DNA of 64,000 nt from Phoronis australis (lineage: Eukaryota > Animalia > Phoronida). The position numbers were made by a program, and so were the translations under genes. Positions 54,494 to 64,000 of this stretch are shown one piece after another. The notes under the pieces were generated by a model. It searched no databases and was not told the DNA's origin. It worked only from the letters and a program-made list of their open reading frames with translations. The DNA lies in assembly GCA_002633005.1 (NCBI GenBank), contig NMRA01000112.1, forward strand, positions 750,659 to 814,658. The letters are read 5' to 3'. Position 1 is the first letter of the stretch, and each line of letters opens with the position of its first letter.

Positions 54494-54814
54494 TATTCGT
54501 ATGATTTTTGTAGTGTTGGTTTGTCGTTAATACACGTTTAAACGCTATCGGTTTTATGTTCTGTGTTAGCTGGTCGCTTCTTATTATTACGAGTACGATT
54601 CGCTTAGTACCGTCGGGGCCTGGGTTAGACTTTACGCGACATCTGTTGTTGGGTTTGGTGGTTATCCCCCTTTGTATACGCCTTTTGTTTTTGATGAGAC
54701 AGAACACACAATATACAACGACGACGCTCGCCGCACACGAACTAAGGTAATTCCCGTTTTGTTCTTGTCATCCCTCTTTTGTTTCGATTCTCGATCCGTT
54801 GCTAGGAGCCGCAA

Positions 54815-55002
54815 AACGGGCATCGAGGTGCCTCTCTGTCCAACTAAACCTATTACGTCATGAGGTGTAACGTCATTGACATATCCGTCCGGTAGGTGGC
54901 CCTTCCGATCGCAGTTATCCCACGTGACCTTTTCCTTTCACATAGATGACCTTTGACCGAGGAGCCTCAAAACGGGGCATCTAAACCTCTTACTATACTA
55001 CT
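54815..55002 (-). repeat. Polinton right terminal inverted repeat
   Basis: Reverse complement of 51421-51615; ends TACTATACTACT, followed by the TSD GTAGCA. Confidence 0.93.
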
Positions 55003-56458
55003 GTAGCATGATCACTAAGCTGTGGTATGGTAAGAAAACATGGCGAGTCTGGTGTAGAAGCAAAACGTGGCCATTTACAAAAATAACTAAAATTGTTTTT
55101 TAAAGCTTCATAAATCCACGTATCGCGTTTGAACAACTACAAAATGAGCTCTCCTTAACTCTACAGGCATAGTGTATACTAGAAGTTCTCATCAAAAAGT
55201 AATTCAACTGTATCTTTTTTCGAGAAAATAGCTCGAACGAAGCTTTGCGTTCAATAATTTAGTGCCCTCACAGCATGTGTCAGTCGAATCTAATAATTTT
55301 GTTGAGAAGTTCAGTTGAACGCCAGCCTACGGGTATATGATTAACAAAAATGCACCTGTGCTACGAAACGGAACAATGTCCATTGTAGGTCGAAATTAAT
55401 GAAAAATAATAAAAACGTCCTTAAAAACAACTTTCCTGGGACTACCGCTAGACTAGTGCTGGGATTCAGCAGATGCCGAGACAGAGGCCCACACACGAGT
55501 GAAACACCGCAGTCAAAATCAGATTGGCCTACAGTATAGCCACCAAACTGAAAAGTAGTACGTATCTTGGAACAAATATATTAATGTTTAACCTTGGTGT
55601 AATCCAGCAACATTGTTAAGTTTAGCTACTCGTGTGTCGTGTGACCGTTCACACAGTTTGATCCATCGTTTACCCAGTCGACAACAGTTTTCGGTTTAGG
55701 GAATGCCACAAAATGTCGGGATATTCTTCTATAGCTGTATAAGGGCAGTCAGAACTACACACGAAATATCAATACCGTTTCACCATTTTTATCAGACATT
55801 TTTTTTAGCTATAGACTGAAATAAGCTTTACCGACAATGACATAGTTTGTTGGGTAAAACGGCTGCTTGGAAACGCAGACGAAGGTGCGTCAAGAATGCT
55901 GTGTTCTGATTGGTCAGTTAAGCCGTCAGTTATAATCCTGGTGATAGGTCAATAGTAAACACTGGTGTAAGATTTCAGTTACTGCAACTATTCAGAGTAG
56001 CATCAAGTAACACCCTGTCAACGATATATAAAATTTATTCAATAAAACATATCTAAATCACAGTCATATGTAAATTTAAAATATTCAATACGGTGGAATA
56101 GCTCCGCAATTAATACGTTTCAATAAAGTTAATTCAAAATTTCAGAAACACTTGTAAAGACACACAACGTGAGTAAAAATTCAGTTTACACTAAATCTAA
56201 ACAAAGATTTACATATTTTGTAGTTCTCTGATCTACTGTTAAAGTTTATCATGAAAACAACAAATAAGTTATTTGCCATTTTCCGAGGTATATTCAGAAG
56301 TGGTTAATCATGGTCAACTGGCATAAGCCAGAATTATAAACAAAGATCGCACAAGAAAATTTCAGAATTTCTGGCACCACGTTGTAGCACTTGTTTTTAA
56401 ACTTGAAAGCAACGAAAAATACTATGCATAAGTACAATCACTAACCGAAAGTCTGGAT

Positions 56459-56692
56459 TCAAAGCACGTATACATAAAATGTCCAATATGCAGCATTAAA
56501 CGTCAAAAACAAAAATGGAAATGCATAACGTGAGATTTTGTCTAGCCGGCTGGTGTTTGCCTTTGGTGGCTCGCTTATGTACGTAGACTTTTGGCAGCAA
56601 CTCAAAAGCGACCTCTTTGGATGGGAATGGATCAATGAACTCTCGCCGTCAAAAGTCTGTACGAACGTTCTCCCAAAACGAGTGTCTGAAAG
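56459..56692 (-). CDS. Receptor gene 2, last exon (M4)
   Basis: TTTCACAG|LSDTRFG...[33 protein letters not shown]. Confidence 0.88.
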   Translation of the reverse strand, partial: LSDTRFGRTFVQTFDGESSLIHSHPKRSLLSCCQKSTYISEPPKANTSRLDKISRYAFPFLFLTFNAAYWTFYVYVL

Positions 56693-59600
56693 CTGTGAAA
56701 ATATAAATTTGAATAACCTTTTCCCTGGTAACGTACTACGACTATTGTAACCAGCTTTGGCACGCTCTTTTACCGTATTTTAAAGAAAAACTTAAAGTTG
56801 GACGTTTTTTAGATAAAGAATCATTTCATCGACGTCTTTGTGTAAGCTCGAATGACTTGGCATCAGACCTACAGGGCGGTTGGAAGCTGGGGAGGGAGAA
56901 CCGTCTCCCACCAATTCGAAGTGGCAGAAGTGAAGATTGGCGATGATGAGGTTGGAAAAGGTGGTGAGCGAAAGAGTATGTGTCACATGGTATCAACAAG
57001 ATAACTACTAAACGTATGTAAAACCACAAGAACTGTCACTTGAGCGTCAATTAGTGAGGCAGATTCACCCAAAAACTTCCAATAATCAGGTAAAGTCACA
57101 AGCCATTGTCTATTGACTATTTGTAATGTGTAATACACTGTAGTTTCAACAACCCAACCCGTTTACTGTCTATTTTTCTTCTAATTCAAGAACGTAATGT
57201 ATATGTAAATTTTGCACATCAAAAGACATTTTTACCTCTAACTATCCCATAATCGAGATGCAAAAATGTATGTATGATAATCCCAACAAAATACACCATT
57301 ACCTCAATATGCTTAGAATTTAGCTCTTTGCTCTTCCATTTCTCCTCCAACTTATTATGTCGGGTCAACAGGTAGTTGACAACCGCGTACTCCGTGAGCG
57401 CCGCGAAGACAAAACAGAAGCACGTGAGTATGAAGATGTCGAGGGCGGTGGAGTAGGAGATCTTGGGAAGACCATCACGTCCCGTCATGGCTATGGTCGT
57501 GGTCGTCAGAATGGTCGTTATACCTTCGGGAAAAACGCATGTTCAGCGCAAGTATATGTTAAGAATCCACAACATTAATGCCGTCAAAAACGGATATAAC
57601 AGCTTATTATTGTAAACGACAGAGGAGAGTAACCATATTAATATAGGTGGCCCCAGCTTTTGGCTACTTTCAAGTAAGGCCTCCTATATAATACTATAGA
57701 TGTGCCATTCATTTGTTTACCTTCTAGTGGAGTCTCTTTATATTAATATAGGGTCCCTACTTTTTAACGTAAAAATGACTTGCTTGTCAATTTATTGAGA
57801 ATAAGTCATTTAAAATAATGAACTGTTCTATGGTTGTTTCCAATACATATTCAGTTCCTATCAATGGAAGCCAAAGGAATCTTATTATTTTGCTTCTATA
57901 TTAACTAGAAGGCATTTTTAAACAATAATAAGACAGTCTCTCCAAAATACTGCCTCCTGCCGGTTTCTGGGCTTAACACCAATTGTTGTACATTACAAAC
58001 ATTAAAAAACTCTATCTCTCCAGCTGGCCTCAGTCAGTCTGTACTAGACTGGATTAATAAAACACGATCGCCGCCTGGCGGGATAGTGCATTTTAATATG
58101 GCGCGGCTATTTCAAAAGTCACCTAATGGAGATACTGTCCATTAAGGCTGTAAGTGCGAATGGAATTTCTTGTTTAAAAACAACCTCACAAAGAATAATT
58201 TCTGCTAAATACTCTGCATTAATTATAAATATATAACTACCTGTAAAATTTGTTATTCAGATGTTAATTTGACTGATTTCTGTAATTCCATAAAGTTTCA
58301 GTGTACCACTTAGCACGTTTACTCGTTCGATAATTAGGCAAATGCGTACCACACATACCAAATTATCAAAGTATAATTCTTGTCTATAAAACGCTTTTTG
58401 TTTCCAAATTCGATAATTTTCCCTTCCATTGAAGATTGCATTCCACCTGCTTGAACAAGTCAGCTGTTAAAACATAAATCGCGAATTATTAATAGTTGGT
58501 TTGATGTTTGTGTGCTCTTACCCAGCATAACCCTTGCTGCTGCGTCAGCGTTTATAAAGAATGACACCCAGCTCATGACGACGATAAGAATGCAGGGCAC
58601 ATAAATTTGTAGTAAATAGTAGCCGATGTTTCGCTTCAGTTGGAACCTTGCTTCAAGCACTGACCGTACACCCATTGCTGAAAGAGCAATATGGAGCAAA
58701 GAACATTACGAGCCTGGAGAACTTCGTGTAGCCATTTGTTTGGTTTAGTCAATGATGTACTAGTCTTCCCATGGTAGTTTTACATAAGAACATTAGCTAG
58801 TAAGTCGCAAGCACAATGATGGCTGTGTTCCGTAATCGCAAAGCAATTGTGGAACACTCGCAAGGAGAGCCCATTGCCTTTGAGACGGAAACAGCGATTT
58901 TTCTTATGTCTTTCTCACACAATTATGAATTCGAGTTTCACCGAATAATCATTTCAGTTGCGACATTTTGCTACTTTTCACGAGTAAGCTTCTCGAATTT
59001 GGCTCGTGAATCACCCACAAAACAACCTCTCTGTACTTCGATTGGTTTTGAGTGATCTCCATTTTGTCTCAAGAAACTAGGTTTCTGGAACAAAGCACTG
59101 CCTAGGCATTCTTACTCAAGCGTTCATCCTGTTCGGGGCACGAGAGATGGCAGAATGGTCTATGCTGGGAATGTCTTCATGAGACTTTTTAAGATTGCTC
59201 AAAGCAGATTGATTTTGAAAGCAGTCATAATATGTTCATTAATTTGTTTTTATTTAAGTCCTCTGAACTGTATTCACACAGTCATCACAGCGGAATCAGC
59301 GGTCCGTAATCACAGGACACCAAGGCCTCAGGACATCCGGGTTAAATAAGTCGTTAATGTGATTTATTTACTTTGATACTATAATATTTCTTCGACTGCT
59401 ACGTGGAAAGTCCGTCGAAATTTCAAACCACGACATGAAAGGTAACTTATTTATTGAGCACCAGATGGCAGGACCAGTTTCAGGGAAATGAATGCAAGCA
59501 TGAGCGGAATGAAAGGATCGAAGCTAACACTTACCACGTGAAAATGTTTATTGCAAGTCTAACAAAAGTTCTCGTTTTCCTACCTCTGTTGCGATACTTG

Positions 59601-61541
59601 GTGTAGTTGAATGCTGTTATTTTACCCAGTTCAAACTGAGCCAGTTCTATTCTTCCATCCAGCACAATAGATTTGTTGTTACCGTTCTTCCACACGTAGC
59701 GCAATTCATCGGCAAGGTAACCAACTAGAAAAAAAGTAAAGCGATTAAGAAAATGATTCTACTGATGACGAGAAGTTCAAATCAATACTGCTGACAAAAG
59801 AATTCTCGAAGCCGTTCGGGAAATTCGTATGATTAATGTACACGTGGTCCACTGAATCACTGGATAAAGATTTTAACCAACACCACCAAACATATGCAAC
59901 TTCTTGCTGATAATTGCTAAGTTCGTGGTCTTTAAAAAGGTATTGCCACTGATTCGGCGTTTGAAATTACTGGTGAGAAAGATAGCCGATCGGCATAACA
60001 AAATTTAGTTCTCCCTTTAAAGGTATCTTGGTGAATTTTGGATATAGCCCAGCATACACTGTACGTTTACATTCACCTTAGTCTATAGTGGCGGTAAAAG
60101 ACCTAGAAACAACTTGAACTGTAAAGTCAAAACAGTGACGGTTGAACATCATTTGCAAACGTTGTCATACCCTACTAGATCTCATAAAGACCGCGTCCCT
60201 CCCAATTAACAAGTTGAGAAAAAACGAACGCAGCGTCACCGGCCACGGGGTTGTTACTGAGAATGTCGCTTAGACCGGCTCCCATTCGGATTTTTTACGT
60301 TTTCGAGATATCAATAAGAACTATCGTGGAGTGTCAATTGCTTGTCTCCAGCTTCTTATTTTATCCTAAATTTCCAAGGAAAGGTAAACCAGAATACGAA
60401 ACAATGGAGTGGACCTCAGTCGAACTCTCAATAGGGTAATTTTCATGTTTCTTGGCACACTCTGTTATCAGAGCAAGAAAGCGACTTCTTGACCACGCCT
60501 CAGATATGATGGACAGAAGTTCACTAAATACAGTGGATCAAACAGAAGAGTAAAGCTCATTATCATACCTTCCCAATGCGTGAATAGGTTAGGTTCTCTA
60601 ATATATTTTAGTTTTCTGAAATGGGTAGGGATCCAAAGTCTCTCGCTTTATCAGTTGCAGAAACCAACTATGCAGCCACGGATTCTTCTCCCCAGTGGAA
60701 AATATGTATGGGACATTATGTCCTTAATCTATGGATACTTCAAGAGTTTTGCCTTTTCCGTAAATCATTAGAATATCCCAGCGCTCACCAGTGGACATTT
60801 TCCGGCGTTACGATAGTAAGCAATGTATTAAAACGCTATTTGTATCACTAGGTTGAAACCTTCCGACCGCATTACATACATGTAGGATCTGTTGGTGGCG
60901 CTTAACGCCTGTGTACCAAAGACATGATCGCAGACTGACAGGATAGTGATTTTCAGTATGGCGTTGTTATTTCGAAAGTCAGCTACTTTGAGGCTCGATT
61001 CAAACCTTTCCTCCATGGAAAACAAGTATTGAGAAGGTTACTTAGTCATATCCAAACAACTGTCGCAATGAACAATTAATAGAAATCGACACGAAATGTT
61101 CGAGCGAATTCCGAAATAGGCGTGTCTCGATATTTGAGGTCAAAAAGCATTCTTAAGTCTGGTCTGATTCATTTTTTTTGAAAATCGAGTTGGTAGTACG
61201 CATTGCTGCTTCACATTAGAAAATCCACCTGAGACGAACAAAATGGTGCAGAAATTTTTGTTTGCTAAACGCTAGGCAATTCTGGCTTTTCAATCATTGC
61301 ATACGTGCCAGCCAAACGAAACTTTTACGGAAACGATGAAGGCGGGCGTTTGTTTTACTTTTTTCTGAATCGGCGAGTGCAGTCCTCAAAACCAGAAAAC
61401 CAGCCGAGAAGCAGACCAGAAACAACTTTGCCGCTATTTTGGCCTCCGAAATACTCACAACTGCCAATAAACAAAGGGCATTCTTGAGAATCGACGGGAT
61501 ACTTGTACAAATCCATTGGACATCCAGCTACGACAGTTAAT
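56459..61541 (-). CDS. Second Cys-loop GABA-A receptor-like subunit, 3' five coding exons (5' exons lie beyond the window end)
   Basis: Exons 61541-61459, 59724-59584, 58677-58522, 57523-57303 and 56692-56459 are all GT-AG and in phase. Intron positions match gene 1 (83-bp and 141-bp exons). Cys-loop and M1-M4 are present. Confidence 0.92.
57303..57523 (-). CDS. Receptor gene 2, M2-M3 exon
   Basis: GAAG|[31 protein letters not shown]...TEYAVVNY...KHIE|GTAATG. Confidence 0.93.
58522..58677 (-). CDS. Receptor gene 2, M1 exon
   Basis: TTTCAG|[51 protein letters not shown]|GTAAGA. Confidence 0.93.
59584..59724 (-). CDS. Receptor gene 2, loop B/F exon (141 bp)
   Basis: TTCTAG|[46 protein letters not shown]|GTAGGA. 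Confidence 0.92.
61459..61541 (-). CDS. Receptor gene 2, Cys-loop exon (83 bp)
   Basis: TTTCAG|[27 protein letters not shown]|GTGAGT. Confidence 0.94.
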
Positions 61542-63289
61542 CTGAAAATACACATTACATTAAATTGCACTTAGGTATCCCTTTGAACCCATGTGACCGT
61601 TGTTTTGACATGTTTTCCGGGGGGGGGGGGGGGGCCTTCTTTCCAAGACATAGAAGCCTGAGAAAACTGTTTACGAACAATGAACGCAACATAATGTGCA
61701 CTTGTATTGAAAGGCTCAGACTGTTATCAACCAATATCACCGTAAAATAATGTTCCCACATATTGGATTCAGGTATAAGCTTTCCTCTTTTGCGCAGATA
61801 AAAATGGCAATTGAGCGATAGATTCATTTTTCGAATGTTGGAAGGGCTAATACACAAAGCCAAGAAATGAACACAGATAAAGCGAGCCTCACTCTTTATT
61901 TTTTTCTGCATTGCATCGAGATCAGAATAATGAATGACAAATCACAATGTGATATCAAAGTAAAATAGAGATTAACAAGTGTCCCAAGGTTACGCAGCAC
62001 AGTGGCTCAATACCGCAGATCTGAATCGCAGAAGGCCTCTAGTATTCCAAGAAGTGGTTACTGACTTTTTACACTGACCCTTGGGTATGACGAAGCTATG
62101 ATGCTCTTCATGAAGCGATAGACGTATGTGGAATTTGTAATTGCGGGAAGGGGACAAGTGATAAAAATTGATTGCCCATGGGCGCTCGACTTAAAGGAGA
62201 ATGCCACCCAAAAAACAACCTATTTTGTATCAATTTAGATCGAGTAGTTCTACTCGATAACGGCACGTTCGGTTGCGTTACCTGACACCTGACGGCAGAA
62301 GGAGGTGCTGAAATTATCCAATGACGTAATTGGTTTCACACGCAGTCTGTTCAGCACTGAGTTCACAACACGGGTTAGTGGTGTCAGCTTATCGATTAAA
62401 TTCATCGTTTAACACCAATAAATCACCAAACTTCGATATAAAACCCTTAAAAATACACCGAGTTCTTATAAAAACGTGTTGTTTTACTTCGCTGTTAAGG
62501 ATTTACTGCTATTTGGACACAACGTAGCCGTACAAAGTTCGGCAGGCCAATTTACCAAGGTCCGCAGCAGGAGTTTGGGGTATGTTTGGAGATAAATTGG
62601 AAGTTTTCTTCTGTGAAATACACACAGGAGAACCTAGATCTGTGTTGTTTATACTTGTGATTTTTTTGAGTACTAAACACACAAAACGCTTGTTATCCCA
62701 GACAGTGGCTCGGAACCAGATCAGGCCAGTCGCGGCCGCCGGGACTGGAACGAACATAAACCAGCTTGAGTTGGAAGCTATACCTCCAGTCACGAAAAGA
62801 CTATCATAGTGAGCAAAAAAATGTGCACATAATTATTTATGTGAATTAGCCACGAAACTGAAAATCTACTTACTTGTCGGGGGCCGCGAAGTCGGGTTCC
62901 CCTTGCACAGACAGTCAGGACAAAGGTTTGTACAGTAACAATGATTTGAATAATGTAATTGTATTTCTAAATAAGGATTCCTGTAACATGTGACCATAGC
63001 ATATAAAATCGAGTAATTGTTTCACAACAGCTTTCTGACAGCAAACAATGAATTAGCATGCGCTCACACGGTCTCGGTGCCGGGTCAATTACCTTTACTC
63101 ATTGCCGGCATCAAAAGCCGGTAATGCAGTGGTTTATTCATTGCTAGCTTCTCAAAACATTTGCACTCACGAGCACTCCAAGGCATTACAAATTGTATCT
63201 TGTGAGACAGACTTTGTTTCAGTTTCATATAAGCATTGGTTAGGATGAGAATTCATTTTGAAACAGAACGCAGAATAATAAACGTCTAC

Positions 63290-63466
63290 ATGGCAACTCG
63301 CCCGGCGCCAATCCCGACTTAGACAAGAGCTCATCCGACGAAGACTTCAGTGGTCGGATCGTTAGGTTACACAGTCTATCGGTTTGAACCGGAATACACT
63401 GATCAAGAAATACTAGAGAGGCGCCGTGAGCATGCACAGGCAACGGAACGTATGGATAATTCTTTG
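63290..63466 (+). pseudogene. KolX / P2X7-ballast-like accessory gene, N-terminal remnant
   Basis: ATG at 63290, acidic SSSDEDF patch, then (after a frameshift) YRFEPEYTDQEILERRR...ERMDNS followed by GTAAGC. The Y.FEPE...R..N pattern resembles, from memory, the start of Kolobok accessory proteins. Confidence 0.5.
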
Positions 63467-63479
63467 GTAAGCCGGAATT

Positions 63480-63684
63480 CGTCAGAGAAATCACTGTCGA
63501 CTAAATGCCGGCCACAGACACGGAGATGTTTCACGGCCTCATACTTGCTATTAACAGCGTACTACCTTTCATTCTTCACTACTGCAAGCCACTTCCTAAG
63601 CATTTCGGGCTCTCGATATACCCGCTTTCTTCGCAGCTTCATAGTTCGGACAAGCGGGAACGATGCACTGCAATATAGCGGCAT
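63480..63684 (-). pseudogene. Degenerate THAP domain (N-terminus of a Kolobok transposase)
   Basis: QCIVPACPNYEAAKKAGIS, frameshift, then PEMLRKWLAVVK...*...HLRVCGRHLVDSDF: the C-x4-C, W, C-x2-H pattern. Confidence 0.75.
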
Positions 63685-64000
63685 TCACTTTGCAGACGAA
63701 CCACTGACGTCGATGCGTCGTTTCTCACCTTCCTCACAGGTTAACGCGACACCTCTCGGCAAAGTGAGGTCGACCGTATTCGAGGCGATGTGGATATAGA
63801 CCGATTAAGACGGTAAAAAAGACTAATTAAATCGGGTGGCATTCTCCTTTAATCGGAGCTCTCCAGGTGTCGACCAAAACAATTTCCAGCACACAGTTTT
63901 CATTTAACAATAGACAACCAAAATTTTCCTTTGTTGTTCCCCTTCTTCTATACCTTAGCTAGATCCGACAACGGATAATTCAAGCTGACAAAAATATCTA

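Larger units (their letters stand above)
51421..55002 (+). mobile_element. Miniature, non-autonomous Polinton/Maverick (3582 bp as assembled, including a 592-N gap)
   Basis: Begins AGTAGTATAGTA and ends TACTATACTACT. ~190-bp imperfect TIRs. Exact 6-bp TSD GTAGCA at 51415-51420 and 55003-55008. Internal protein-primed family B polymerase remnants. Confidence 0.93.
62195..63848. mobile_element. Kolobok-superfamily non-autonomous element (1654 bp) in an intron of receptor gene 2
   Basis: Perfect 15-bp TIR AGGAGAATGCCACCC (62195-62209) / GGGTGGCATTCTCCT (63834-63848). TTAA TSD at 62191-62194 and 63849-63852. AG..CT termini (not the CC..GG of piggyBac). THAP remnant inside. Confidence 0.88.

Noticed and set aside
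54465-54707. Basic 80-aa minus-strand ORF inside the mini-Polinton as a possible core protein
   Set aside because: Non-ATG start, no recognisable motif, and it overlaps the tandem duplication.
61990-62100. tRNA-like or SINE-like fragments (also ~60870-60920, ~7870-7960, ~31640-31720)
   Set aside because: Too decayed to fold as tRNA or to delimit; not called as RNA genes.
62195-63848. piggyBac assignment for the TTAA-flanked element
   Set aside because: Termini are AG..CT rather than CC(C/T)..GG, and the interior has THAP remnants, which fits Kolobok.

Overview
AT-rich, intron-containing animal DNA, probably from a marine invertebrate; no prokaryotic features. It holds two tandem minus-strand Cys-loop GABA-A-like receptor subunit genes. 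The first is a complete GRD/CG8916-type subunit (9 coding exons, 47162->33080, 539 aa by my splice model) with an acidic 'TSDR' pore motif in place of the anion-selective PAR. The second is the 3' part of a divergent paralog (61541->56459) with a one-residue-short 'DAAAR' linker and Met at M2 2'. There is also a single-coding-exon 297-aa orphan ORF rich in PKA consensus sites. Three DNA transposons have termini and target-site duplications (TSDs) resolvable to the base. One is a 3.6-kb mini-Polinton/Maverick between the two receptor genes (51421-55002; AGTAGT termini, ~190-bp terminal inverted repeats (TIRs), GTAGCA TSD) whose only recognisable gene is a broken C2H2-finger-fused protein-primed PolB spanning a 592-N gap. 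The others are a decayed Academ (25640-29843; TAG..CTA, GTA TSD) and a 1.65-kb Kolobok derivative (62195-63848; TTAA TSD, THAP and KolX-like remnants). Smaller features are a ~470-bp fold-back element beside the pore exon, THAP and YqaJ-exonuclease fossils, and short tandem duplications. All calls come from reading the sequence by eye; no searches were run.
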